From Selaginella moellendorffii (Eukaryota; Plantae; Lycopodiophyta), in contig NW_003314335.1 in assembly GCF_000143415.4 (NCBI RefSeq), positions 117,982-181,981 on the forward strand: a stretch of 64,000 nt of DNA. Reading direction: 5' to 3'. Below the pieces are notes generated by a model. That model was given only the letters and a program-made list of their open reading frames with translations. It did no database searches and was not told the origin of the DNA. Position 1 is the first letter of the stretch, and each line of letters starts with the position of its first letter. Positions 1-11,105 of the stretch are shown here, piece by piece. Both the position numbers and the translations under genes were made by a program.

Positions 1-436
1 GTAGGCGCTTCCAGCAGAGGGGCATCTACTCGCGAGCTCTGCATAACAAAACGCCGAGAGAGCCGCGGCAACTCCAGCGATGAGGAACGAAGCTGATAGC
101 GAAGGACCTGCCTTGTCTCGCGCCACAGTTCCAACCAAAACATAGACTCCAGCGCCGATTGTAGCTCCAATCCCTGCAAATCTCTCAAGATCAACCCAGA
201 TCGCGAAAATTCACACGCAGTCACCCACCTACAGCCAGGAGCTCCCAGATTTTGAGATGCTTGACGAGCTGGGGGCTCCCCTTGCGATGCTGCTGCGCAT
301 TGGAATGCTTGCGCCGCGTGAGAGTGGAGAATCCCACACGCTTCCTGCCGCTGACCAAGAAAGGGATGTCGATCGCTGCTGAATCCGCCTCCATCGTCTC
401 GCCGCTCCCACCGCCGATCTTCTTCCCCTCTTGCAT
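1..436 (-). CDS. CAT: Cationic amino acid transporter (CAT/APC family), 5' part; runs off window start
   Basis: Exon 436-229, GT-AG intron 228-174, exon 173-1. Spliced translation LLAVGIGATIGAGVYVLVGTVARDKAGPSLSASFLIAGVAAALSAFCYAELASRCPSAGSAY matches the plant CAT N-terminal signature. Start codon uncertain. Confidence 0.9.
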
Positions 437-966
437 TCTATCGAAACCTAGCTCCGGATCCCATAGACCGCCAAGGCGTGGAAAACGTGAAGCGGCAAGA
501 ATCTCACTACCGGCAGCTCAGAGGCGTGAGATTCCGGGGCGGGACCATCAGATCGGCGTCAGCATTGCACAGCGCCCGCGCAGCTGCTCAACGGAAGGAC
601 CCAAGAACCCTAAAAAAACAAAGGGGGGCGCCCAGTCCACACGATATTAACAAGGACAAAATTTTTGTCCTGGAACTTCCCTTGTCAACACGCGTGCAAC
701 GAGACAATGTAAAAGATCCAGTGTGTTTCGTGTCGTGTGTTCTTGATTGGTTTGCTCGAGAAGAAAATTGGAGCGAGATTTTTTTTTGGGGGGAGTGGGG
801 TTTCGATACTGATCGATCCGAGAGATATATATGATGTTTCGATGCTTCAAGAGACACTCCAAGTTGGCGTTGGAAGATCTAGCTACCAAACTTTTGTTAA
901 CCATTTAACTCATTTTGCTTAATATTGCCATAAGAAACTATATTTCAAATAGTAAAAGAACATCAC

Positions 967-1935
967 TCATTTTTTCGATTGTTGATACAATAGAGTTTTG
1001 TGCAGATCCAGATCACACCATTCCTCATGGATATGAAACCAAGGATGGCAAACAACCTCATCCATAGTGATACGCTCTTCCGGATCAAACGCTAACATCC
1101 TGTGCAGAAGATCAATCACTTCGATGGACAAATTCGCGAGCTCAATCTCATCGCAGTCCAGGAAATACGTCTCCCTTTTCTCCACCATCTCTCTCATCAC
1201 GTCCACAAACGGCGTCGCATCGACATCGCTGCTCAAATGGCGCAGCTTCCCGAGCAAGGCGTACCGCAGCGTCATGCCCAAGCTCCAGACATCCGCCGCC
1301 GGCGTGTAGATCCCCTCAAACATAACCTCGGGAGCCATGAAGCCGGGGGTTCCAACAAAATCCATCTCCCACGGCCTGTGCGCGTCGCAAGCCAGGCCAA
1401 AGTCCGCCAACTTTGCGTCGAGCTCCCGGCTGAGGAGAATGTTGGCGGGCTTGATATCGCAGTGGATGACCCCGTTTCTATGGATCTCCCGGAGGCCCTT
1501 GGCGACCGTAAAGAACATCCTCGCCGTGGTTGGCTCCGCGAACTTCACACCCAGGTCGAGGCTGCAGGCGCGCAGTTCCATGACGATGTGGGTCTTAGGG
1601 TTACCACCTTCGCCGCGTTTCTCATCGTAATGAAGGTCCTTGACCTTCATGACACCGTCGTTCACCCTGTCCCCGGCCTTGAGCATCAGACGCACCTCTT
1701 TGGAGCCGCCGCCACTCACGGTCTTGATTGCGAACTCTTGGCCATCGCTCCTCCTCGTAGCCTTGAAAACCACACCGCCGCTTCCACAGCCCAGGAGAGC
1801 CCCCAACTCGTAGCGTCGCTCCAAAGTGCTGGGCTTGATCGCGTCTTCACCTTTCCCATGATGCACAAGTTTGCGTCGTTTCTTTTCCCTCTCCATCTCC
1901 ACAGCTTCAGCCCTGGTCCTCGTCCGGATCCACAT
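967..1935 (-). CDS. Intronless Ser/Thr protein kinase (CAMK-like, divergent)
   Basis: LGCGSGGVV, FAIK, HCDIKPANILL, DFG, GTPGFMAPE, DVWSLG and final ERIT all present. First true ATG at 1935. Confidence 0.85.
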   Translation of the reverse strand: MWIRTRTRAEAVEMEREKKRRKLVHHGKGEDAIKPSTLERRYELGALLGCGSGGVVFKATRRSDGQEFAIKTVSGGGSKEVRLMLKAGDRVNDGVMKVKDLHYDEKRGEGGNPKTHIVMELRACSLDLGVKFAEPTTARMFFTVAKGLREIHRNGVIHCDIKPANILLSRELDAKLADFGLACDAHRPWEMDFVGTPGFMAPEVMFEGIYTPAADVWSLGMTLRYALLGKLRHLSSDVDATPFVDVMREMVEKRETYFLDCDEIELANLSIEVIDLLHRMLAFDPEERITMDEVVCHPWFHIHEEWCDLDLHKTLLYQQSKK

Positions 1936-2015
1936 TGTCTGAAAGAAAAATGGGAAAACCCTATGGGAAAAAAAAATGAGGATCTCTTTTATACACTTAA
2001 AGGCTACCAAGCAAA

Positions 2016-2113
2016 AGGATCACCACCTCAATATAGCAAAACATATCTTTTTAGGGTTCTTCATAGGATCACAACCTCAATATAGAAAAACATATCTTTT
2101 TAGGGCTTTTCAT
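2016..2113. repeat. Two-copy tandem repeat of about 49 bp upstream of the kinase
   Basis: aggatcac(c/a)acctcaatatag(c/a)aaaacatatctttttaggg occurs twice in tandem. Confidence 0.85.
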
Positions 2114-2384
2114 TTCAAGAGTAGGGTGGCGAAGTATGAGCTACATTTTGCCCTTGTCTTCGTGAAACTTGTTTCTAATATCAACTTTCTTTGCATGCAG
2201 CACCGGCTTGCACCCAACGAGTTCCTAGTCATGCTTCCTGAGACTTTGCAAGTCTGAAAACTTGAAATCGTATAGTTTTAGCTAAATTTCTCCAATCCAG
2301 AGCTTTGCTGTTTTCCTAGAATGTTCTGTTCTTGGATTAAGATCTTTGCTTTTTATACACTAAAAGGTTGTCAGGAAAAAGGTG

Positions 2385-4100
2385 TTACAATCTCAATACC
2401 TGTTCGTGCGAGAAGCCGGCTGTTCTTGGCCTCCACACTTTCCACAGCCGATCGTGGCTGGCAGTGACGAGAAAATCCGCCGTGGGAGACCAGGCAACGT
2501 CGAAAACATGATCGCTATGAGCGCTGGAATCACTCGGTTAGTTCAAAAGCTCAAAGCTCGGACTCCTTACCTCAGGATGTGAAGACACTCGAAAGTGGCA
2601 GTGTCATACAGCCGGACTGTCGTATCACCAGAGGTGGTCGCGAGCAATCTGCCGTATGGAGAGAACGCGACGCGCTTCACCTCCCCGGAATGCTCTTGCA
2701 ACACCGCTAGCGGAGAACACATTCTCAAGTCCCATATCCTGCACGACTTGTCATCACTTCCAGTGGCTAGCAGCCATCCCGAGTCATCGATGTCTACACC
2801 AATGACGTCCTCAACATGGCCACGAATTGTCTGCACGTCTTTGCTGCACCTGGCGTCCCAGAGCTTGGCTGTGTAATCGAAGGAAGAGGTTGCAATCAAA
2901 TGGCCGCATGGCTGGAAGCAAACTCCATAGACCGTGTTGCGATGACCCTGTGAGCAAGAGAAGGACGAAGAATGAACAAAATTCGACGAGCTTTGTGTGG
3001 AAATTTACCTTCAAAGCGGTCACCGCAACTCCTCTTTCGGCATCCCATATGATACAAGTGGTATCGTCAGAAGCTGTAGCTAGTAAGTTAGTTCCTCGTT
3101 TGAATGACAATCCATTCACCTGCGAGTGCGAACATGAGCAAATACAAAGGGAAAGATGGAAGAAAGAGAAAAGACTGACCTCGTCTTTGTGACCTTCGAG
3201 AACGCTAATGCATTCTCCACTGTCTAAGCTCCAAAGCCGGCATGTCTGATCCGAGCTCACCGTTGCTACGAGATCTCTTCTTACGGGAGAAAACTTCACG
3301 GCATACAGGCCCAGCATATGTCCAGAAAGCACACCGACCTCCTTCTCCAAGTCCGTATCATAGATCCGGCAAAAGTGATCCCAAGAGGCCGTCGCTACTA
3401 AATTCCCCGAGGGATTCACGGCAATCCCATGCACCGGAGCCGAGTGCACGAGAAACTTTCGAGCAACGTCCCAGCTCGTCGCGGTTAGATTCTCTTCGAC
3501 TTTTCGTGGAGGCCGTGCTGCTCCAAACCCAGTCTCCACAGCTTCGCTCTCAAATCCCCACGATGGTGCCTGAGACAACCTTAGCCTCATCCCAAGAGCG
3601 TGCTTCAAAACTTTGTTCTCGTCATGCAAGCTATGGACTTGCCCCTGGAGTTTTTGATTCACTCTCTCGAGCTCGGCTACCTGGACTTTGAGCTTGGCTC
3701 GCTCCACCATCACTTGCTGCCATCGCTCGGCCACCTTGCCCAGCACGAATTTCACCAAAACATCGTCTTCCTCGCCTACATTCTTCTCACCACCGTGATT
3801 TTCCTTGTTCCTGTCACTGCCCCTTTGCCTGCTGCTACTGCCACCGCTGCTACTACCACACTCCTCGCTCTTCTCCAAGCTAGTCTCCAGCGACGATACC
3901 TGGACGCCGGCGTCTTGATCGTAGAGTGAGATCAGGGCCGAGATTTCTCCGACGAAAGCCCGGCACACCGGGCACGCCGCCTCGTTCCGGAACCAGATCG
4001 TGGCGCATGGCTGGCAGAAGACATGGCCACATTGCGTGATCTGAGCTCGCTGCACGGCCGAGAAGGCGCTCTCGAAGCAAATCTTGCAGGTGAGCCCCAT
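2385..4100 (-). CDS. RING finger + coiled coil + WD40 repeat protein (multi-exon)
   Basis: C3HC4 RING CKIC...CGHVFCQPC...CPVC, a heptad region, then about 7 WD40 repeats (ATASWDHFCRIYD, GHMLG, ATASDDTTCIIWD, SSFDYTAKLWD, TASHDRLWKVW) across short introns. ATG 4100, TAA 2385. Confidence 0.85.
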
Positions 4101-4264
4101 GATCGATCGCGCGAGGCCTACATTGGATCCCACCTACCGATCGATCGATCGATCAATCGCTCCCGCTTTGGCCCTAAGACATGCGAGGGAGCTAAGAGAG
4201 AGGATTCACGCGCTAATAGTAGCGCCCTCCCCCGACGCAAGGGCGAAGAACCCTAGAGACAGGT

Positions 4265-4338
4265 GGCCTACTAGCTCAGTAGGTTAGAGCGTGGTGTTGA
4301 TAACGCCAAGGTCGCAAGTTCGAGACTTGCGTGGGCCA
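4265..4338 (+). tRNA. trnI-GAU: tRNA-Ile, anticodon GAU
   Basis: Full cloverleaf: acceptor GGCCTAC/GTGGGCC, D arm GCTC/GAGC, anticodon stem TGGTG/CGCCA with loop TT-GAT-AA (4299-4301), T arm GCAAG-TTCGAGA-CTTGC. TTTT terminator at 4350-4353. Confidence 0.93.
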
Positions 4339-4596
4339 CACAACACTCCTTTTCATCCATTTTCTTCCTCCTCCGCCGCCAAGATCTTTGCTCATACTCT
4401 CAAAAAATGGTTTTTTGGCAAGGATTGGGGCAAATGTGGCAGATCTAGATCTCCAGAAACATTTTTAGGCAAGGAATGTGGCCGATCTAGAGCTTGGGCA
4501 GACGCAATTCATGAGAGAATATGGCTGATCGGCCCCAATTTCACGGAATCTGGCTAGAATTTCCTCGGCAATGGCCGCGTCTTGACGACTACATCA

Positions 4597-6225
4597 ATGG
4601 CGAGGCAACTGGAGAAGGCTGTGATCGAGCAGGACGTCCCCCACCTCGCGGAGCTCATCAATTCGTGCGCCAAGCTCAAAGATCTGTCGCGCGGCAAGCT
4701 CCTCCACGACCAAATCGATCGCTCGCCGCTGGGAAGATCGACCTATCTCCGGAATCTCCTCATCGACATGTACGGCAAATGCGGCCGCGTCGATGACGCA
4801 CGGAACGTCTTTGACGCCACCCAAAACCCTAACCATTTCTCGTGGAATATCCTCATCGCAGCATATGCCCAGAATGGGCATACGCAAGAGGCAAGGAACG
4901 GCCTCGATTTAATGCCGCAGTGGACGTTAGTCGCCTGGAACTCGTTGATCACGGCATATGCCCAGAGCAAACTCCTCTACGAGGCCAAGCATCTCTTCGC
5001 GAATATGCCCGGCACGGACGTTATCTCGTGGACGGCTATGATCACAGCATATGCCCGGAATGGGCATCCACACGAGGCAAAGGCCACTTTCGATCGATCG
5101 CCGGTTCGAAACGTTCTAACGTGGAACGCGATGATCGCGAGCTACGCGGAGGGCCACTGTTTGGCGGAATCTAAAATGATGTTCGATAAGATGCCTCATT
5201 GGCATGTGGTATCTTGGACTGGGATGCTCTCGGCATATGCCTCGAATAGGCAAAAGTCTCAAGCGATTGACCTCTTTAACTCGATGCCGCGGCGAGAGGT
5301 CGTGTCGTGGAACGCTATGATCCAGGCATACGTTGACTCATCGGAGCTTGACTCTGCGCGACTAACTCTAAATAAAATGCCCTACTGGGATGTGGTATCG
5401 TGCACGGCTATGATCGCCGCATATGCCCAGAATAGGGATTTTGATGAGGCTAAGAGATTATTTGCGATCATTCCACAAAAGGACCAAGTGTGCTGGAACA
5501 CGATGATCACTGCCCACATTAGCAGCGGTGACCTAATCGCCGCGGAGATGGCGCTGGAATCTATGCCCACGCCCAACGCCGTGTCGTGGAATATCCTTCT
5601 CTCGGCCTACGCGGAGAAGGGCGAGCTGGCGAAGGCGAGGCGCCTGTTTGACAGCCTCTCCAAGAAGAACCTGGTGACGTGGAACGCCATGGTCCAGGCG
5701 TATTGCCAGGCGGGTAATATCTGCGAGGCAAAGGCGCTGTTTGATCAAATGAAGCAACGAGATTCCGTGACGTGGTCGTCCATGATCCAAGCGTATGCCC
5801 AAAATGGCCACTACCGCTTGGCATTCGAGCTCTTTGGGACGCTCAATCTCGAGGGATTGAAGCCCAGCGAGATCACATTCGTGGAGATCCTCAGCGGGTG
5901 CTGCCAATCGGGGAAGATTGGCGACGCAGCATCGTTCTTCCGGTCGATGATCGAGGATTTTGAGCTGGTGCCGCTGGTGGAGCACTACCGCTGCGTGGTG
6001 GATCTTCTAGGGCGATTGAAGCGCTTCGAGGAGGCCGAGGAGCTGATCGAGAGCATGCCCTTCCCGGCCGATTCGATCGCGTGGATGGCGCTGCTAGCGT
6101 CGTGTAGGGTTCACGGCGATGTGGAGCGAGCCAAGATCGTCGCCAAGAAGATCGGCGATCTAAACCCCGAGAGGGCCGCCACGTATGTGATGCTCGCGAA
6201 TATCTACAAGAAACCCGAGCTTTGA
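4597..6225 (+). CDS. PLS-class pentatricopeptide repeat protein with E domain (no DYW)
   Basis: Intronless ORF. About ten consecutive 31-aa PPR motifs (xxxVSWNAMIxAYAQ), then P2-L2-S2 (EHYRCVVDLLGR), E1 (PADSIAWMALL) and the start of E2 (ATYVMLANIY). Confidence 0.93.
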   Translation: MARQLEKAVIEQDVPHLAELINSCAKLKDLSRGKLLHDQIDRSPLGRSTYLRNLLIDMYGKCGRVDDARNVFDATQNPNHFSWNILIAAYAQNGHTQEARNGLDLMPQWTLVAWNSLITAYAQSKLLYEAKHLFANMPGTDVISWTAMITAYARNGHPHEAKATFDRSPVRNVLTWNAMIASYAEGHCLAESKMMFDKMPHWHVVSWTGMLSAYASNRQKSQAIDLFNSMPRREVVSWNAMIQAYVDSSELDSARLTLNKMPYWDVVSCTAMIAAYAQNRDFDEAKRLFAIIPQKDQVCWNTMITAHISSGDLIAAEMALESMPTPNAVSWNILLSAYAEKGELAKARRLFDSLSKKNLVTWNAMVQAYCQAGNICEAKALFDQMKQRDSVTWSSMIQAYAQNGHYRLAFELFGTLNLEGLKPSEITFVEILSGCCQSGKIGDAASFFRSMIEDFELVPLVEHYRCVVDLLGRLKRFEEAEELIESMPFPADSIAWMALLASCRVHGDVERAKIVAKKIGDLNPERAATYVMLANIYKKPEL

Positions 6226-6340
6226 CACGTGTCCGGTATCGATTGGATGTGTGCTCTATTTGCCACGTTGTCAAGCAAAATCTAGGGCTGACGGACACGC
6301 GGCATATTCGGCTCTGTTTCTAGGCCGTCTTGCCCTAGAA

Positions 6341-6372
6341 GAATATTCTAGAAGGCTCTTTCTGGAACTTTC
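6341..6372 (+). promoter_or_regulatory. Two heat shock elements upstream of Hsp110
   Basis: GAAtaTTCtaGAA (6341-6353) and TTCtgGAActTTC (6360-6372), about 200 bp before the Hsp110 ATG. Confidence 0.8.
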
Positions 6373-6562
6373 CATACGCCACACGGCATACTCATTGGTG
6401 GCCGTCGGATGCCGGCATCCGACGGCTGGAGAGCTTAAACCGGTCTCTTTTTGGCGAGGAGGTGAAGCGCGATTAGGGATTTTTCCATCCAGCTCCGGCC
6501 GCGAGGCGCAGCGTCCAGATCTAGAGCTCCTCTCTCGGATTGCGAGGTAAAACTCCGCGAGG

Positions 6563-9535
6563 ATGAGCGTAGTAGGGCTAGATGTCGGCAACGAGAACTG
6601 CATCGTGGGAGTAGCCCGGCAGCGCGGGATTGATGTGGTGCTCAACGATGAATCCAAGCGCGAGACGCCGGCGATGGTGTCCTTCAGTGAGAAGCAGCGG
6701 TTTCTTGGCACGGCGGCCGCGGCATCGGCTACAATGAACCCTAGGAACACAGTGTCGCAGATCAAGAGGCTGATTGGGAGGAGATTTGCCGACCCCGAGG
6801 TCCAGAAGGATTTGCAGCTCCTGCCCTTTAATGTGACCGAGGCCGCCGATGGGACCTGCCTGATCCATGTCCGCTACCTCGGAGAGGTGAAAGCCTTCAC
6901 GCCGACACAGATTCTCGGCATGGTTCTCTCCAATCTCAAGACCATCGCCGAGACGAATCTGGGGACCCATGTCGTCGACTGTGTCATTGGGATCCCGGTC
7001 TACTTTTCGGATTTGCAACGACGAGCTTACCTCGATGCGGCATCCATCGCTGGGCTTCATCCTTTGCGACTCATGCACGAGACCACCGCGACAGCGCTGG
7101 CTTATGGGATTTACAAGACCGATCTGCCAGAGGGCGATCCAGTTCACGTAGCCTTCGTCGACGTTGGCCATGCTAGCACCCAGGTCTGCATCGTGGCTTT
7201 CAAAAAGGGTCAGCTCAAAATTCTTGGGACTGGCTTCGATGCCTCCCTCGGAGGCCGAGACTTCGACGAGCTTCTCTACATTCACTTTGCGTCGACTTTC
7301 AAGGAGGAGTATAAGATCGACGTGAGATCCAACCCGAAAGCTAGCCTCAGACTCAGGGGTGCGTGTGAGAAGGTGAAGAAGATTCTCAGTGCCAACGCGG
7401 TTGCTCCCATCAGCATCGAGTGCCTCATGGACGAGAAGGACGTCAAGGGGATGATCAAGCGGGAGGACTTTGAGCAGCTGGCGGCGCCATTGCTGAACAG
7501 ATTCAAGTCGCCGCTGGAGAAGGCGCTAGTGGAGTCGAAGATACCGCTGGAAAAGATCAACTCGGTGGAAGTTGTGGGGTCTGGTTCCAGGATCCCGGCC
7601 ATTCTACGCATCCTGGCTTCGTTTTTTAATAAGGAGCCCGGTCGGACACTCAACGCCAGCGAGTGTATAGCCAGGGGATGCGCTCTGCAATGCGCGATGC
7701 TCAGTCCAACATTCAAAGTCCGAGATTTTGAGGTCTGTTTTTCTTTGGCTGCTTTTGAGTATGTTTTTCTAATACGTTGACGTCTATACAGGTGCAAGAC
7801 TCGTTCCCTTTTCCAATAGCGCTCTCTTGGAAGGGCCCTGCACCGGAGTCTGAAGATGACAATCCCAACAGCATTGTCTTTGTGAAGGGAAATCTCATCC
7901 CAAGCACCAAGATGCTGACTTTTTTCAGATCTGGGACATTTGCTATTGACGTCATGTATGCGGATACGAGCGAGCTGCCGGCTGGTGTTGGTCCTAAAAT
8001 CAGTACATTCACGGTAAGCTTCTCGGCTCTTATCTTGTTTAGAGACTGAATGTTTTTCTGTAGATTGGGCCATTCACACCTACTAGGTCCGAGAAAGCGA
8101 AAATCAAGGTTAAGATCCGCCTAAATCTTCATGGCATAGTTTCCGTGGAGTCTGCTACAGTAAGTCTTGACATTGTTTGCTGGTCTGGTTTTACCTTAGT
8201 GCTTGTTCCAGATGGTGGAGGAAGAGGAGGTCGAAGTTCCGGTTACGAAGGAACCGACTGCGATGGAGACGGATAAAGAGGACGACAAGGGTGATGTTCC
8301 TATGGAAGAAGGCGATGCTAAAGTGGAAAGTGCGGAGGGTACTGACAATGGAGCACCTCCAATGGAGGAACCAGTTGAAACTCAGAAGGTATGGGTGGTG
8401 TCGTTCTCTTTCGCATGTTGTTTACGTACTATGGTGGCACATCTTGCAGGCCGAGCCTGTTAAGAAGAAGAAGACGAAACGGACGGATGTCCCGGTTACG
8501 GAGACGGTTCCCTGTGGATTGCCTCCAGCGGAGCTCCAGAAAGCCGTGGAGAAGGAGTACGAGTATGCCCTTCAGGATAGAGTCATGGAAGAAACCAAAG
8601 ACAGAAAGAATGCAGTGGAAGCCTACGTCTATGACATGCGGAACAAGGTTTGCATCTCGTATGTGGTTTGTAATTTTAATGGCTGCTGCTTCTTTTCAGC
8701 TCTACGAGAAGCTGCATGACTATGTCACGGATTTCGAGAAGGAGGAGCTAACAGCAAAGCTCCAGCAAACAGAGGACTGGCTGTACGAGGAAGGCGAGGA
8801 CGAAATCAAGAGCGTCTACGTTGCAAAGCTCGCTGAGCTGAAAAAGGTAATACCCAGCTGCTAGCTTTAAAACACCTTCCAACTTTTTTCTATTCCAACT
8901 CTTTTCTATTCCAGCTCGGGGATCCCATAGAAGAACGGCAGAGAGAAGAGGAGAACCGCGCTCCATCTGTCAACACGTTGCTATACTGCATCAACAGCTT
9001 CCGAGAGGCAGCTCTTTCCAAGGACCCGAAGTTTGATCACATCGACCCGGTGGAGAAAGAAAAGGTAAGAAGATTTAGACATCCGAGAAGCTGGCGGTCG
9101 AGGTGATTATCAACTCGTGCTTTCCAATGCAGGTGGTTGTGGAGTGTAACAAGGCGGAGGAATGGTTGCGAGACAAGAAGCATCAGCAAGACGGTCTCGC
9201 TCGGTCTGTGAACCCGGTATTGTTATCGGCGGACATCAAAAAGAAGGCCGAAGTTTTGGACCGGTATGGTCGTTCTTGTTTTCCACTTGCAGAGTGACTT
9301 GACTTGTTTTGGATGTTTTTACAGGTTTTGCAAGCCGATAATGACGAAACCAAAGCCGGCGCCTCCAAAGGCGGCGGCGCCAGCGGCGGAAGCCAAGTCC
9401 GCGGCGGAGAACAAGGAGAGCAAGGCGGAGCAAGCAGCCGGCGGTGCTCCACAAGCCGAGGACGCGGGCGGCGCCGCTGATCCCATGGACACTGATCACA
9501 ATCATCCGGAGCAGGAAGGCAGCCAAAGCGAGTGA
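6563..9535 (+). CDS. HSP110: Hsp110/SSE-type Hsp70 (HSP70-14/15-like), multi-exon
   Basis: MSVVGLDVGNENC, NDESKRETP, GGRDFD, acidic loop, EETKDRKNAVEAYVYDMRNK, TEDWLYEEGEDE. Short GT-AG introns; TGA at 9533-9535. Confidence 0.96.
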
Positions 9536-9589
9536 CTATGACTTCCGTACCACCTTACAGTACGTGATAAGCCAAGAGGGAAGAGCATT

Positions 9590-9895
9590 AGCTGAGAAAG
9601 AAAAAGAAAAAAGAGATTTTACCCCGGGTGTGTGATTATGGGCGAAAGAGAGGCGTCCTTTTTTTTTTACGTAAGTAGTTTTGATTCATTTTAAAGTGGG
9701 TTTAGCTACAAACTTCCACGTACTATACACTTAGGAAAGATATATTTTTCCATAGGAAATGAGAAAGAAAAATTAAAAAGAGATTTTACCCCGGGTGTGT
9801 GATTCCGGGCAAAAGAGAGGCGTCCTTATTTTTACGTAAGTAGTTTTGATTCATTTAAGCTACGAAAAGTACGTACTAAACACTTAGGAAAAATA
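9590..9895. repeat. Two-copy imperfect direct repeat (about 130-150 bp) downstream of Hsp110
   Basis: aaaagagattttaccccgggtgtgtgatt...aaagagaggcgtcctt...tacgtaagtagttttgattcattt...cacttaggaaa is repeated at about 9608 and about 9776. Confidence 0.85.
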
Positions 9896-10322
9896 GGAAA
9901 ATATCAAGTCAAAACCAGCAGTTGTAGAAGAATAGGAGAACATCACTATAGCAATTCAGTCAAAACATCACGACTTCCACGAACTAAACGATCAGAAATT
10001 TCTTGGTCCAAATGCCAGATTTTGAGTCAAAGCGGGCGTTTTGCAATTTCTCCATCCTCGAGGTATATTTCTTGTTCTAGAAGGAACGTGGCTCTTGGAT
10101 CACACTAGCCACGTCACTCGCCACCTCCGCAACTAAAAATGGAATAAAGCCTGCTAAATTAGGGCGCCTCTGTCAAGCGGCCATCCAACGGCTGCGGCGC
10201 GTCCTAGCGTCATCTAACGGGTATCGCGGCGCCACGCGCGTTTTCTACACCATATTAATAGCCCCACGGTTGTTTTGTAAAAGAAAAAAAGTTTGATCGA
10301 TCGAGTGCGAGGTAGCGAGACG

Positions 10323-11105
10323 ATGGATCCCAGCGAGCAGTTGCAGCTCCAGCGGCGGCATTCCGGCGCTAATGCAGGTCGGAATCTCTTGGGCGATGAG
10401 GATTTGTGCTCGTCGTGCGAATCGTCGAGCGAATCGGGCGCGGCCAAGATCTTCCCTCCGCCGCTCACGATCCTGGCCGGGGACTGCTCCTACTCGCGAT
10501 TCCCGTATTGCATGCCGCGCTGGGGGCTCCGCCCCATCCGGAGGAAGGGCCGGTTTCTTCTCCAGGAGGTGAGGGTGCCGCGGCAGCTCATGTTCCACTC
10601 GGTGAGGAAGAATGGGCGATTGGTGCTGATGCTGCTGCTCCACCACGACCGGATCGAGGATGAATTGCCGTGCGATCACCCAATTGCGGCTGCTACAGCC
10701 GGTGATCAAGAAGAAGAAGAAGAATCCGATAGCTCCTTTATCTCAGGATCCTTGAGCGCGAGCTCTTCCAATTCTTCTTCCTCCAGCTGGAATCTCAAAG
10801 ATCTCGGCGAGCTGAGTCTCAAGGATCTTAGAGAGGAGGAGGAAGCCAGGGCTCGGACCGATTCAAATCTCAAGAGTGTGGTTGTGATCAAAGATGGCGT
10901 TGTCAAGTTCCCGTACGGAAATCCGCTCAAGAACACCAACGTTCCAAAGACTTCCACTTTCCCAGAGCAGAGTTCTTCCACTCTAGCCAAGAGATCGAGC
11001 ATGGACGATTTGCTGGTGGCGAATCTTTGCGGCAAAGCCAGTGGCAGCGCGTGGAAGGGCAGCGACCTCGGCAGCTTCCAAAGCATCTCGCATTGGACAC
11101 ATTGA
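10323..11105 (+). CDS. FAF-like: FANTASTIC FOUR (FAF/DUF3049) domain protein
   Basis: FPPPLTIL...LRPIRRKGRFLLQEVRV...FHSVRKNGRLVLML matches the FAF domain. Ser-rich flanks; intronless. Confidence 0.8.
   Translation: MDPSEQLQLQRRHSGANAGRNLLGDEDLCSSCESSSESGAAKIFPPPLTILAGDCSYSRFPYCMPRWGLRPIRRKGRFLLQEVRVPRQLMFHSVRKNGRLVLMLLLHHDRIEDELPCDHPIAAATAGDQEEEEESDSSFISGSLSASSSNSSSSSWNLKDLGELSLKDLREEEEARARTDSNLKSVVVIKDGVVKFPYGNPLKNTNVPKTSTFPEQSSSTLAKRSSMDDLLVANLCGKASGSAWKGSDLGSFQSISHWTH

Noticed and set aside
1102-2085. 327-aa plus-strand ORF and similar long antisense ORFs over Hsp110, 4CL, chitinase and the SPFH gene
   Set aside because: Shadow frames of GC-rich coding sequence, with no motifs.
4265-4338. 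tRNA-Ile(GAU) as a plastid DNA insertion
   Set aside because: No group II intron, no flanking rRNA operon sequence, a cytosolic-type body and a Pol III terminator.
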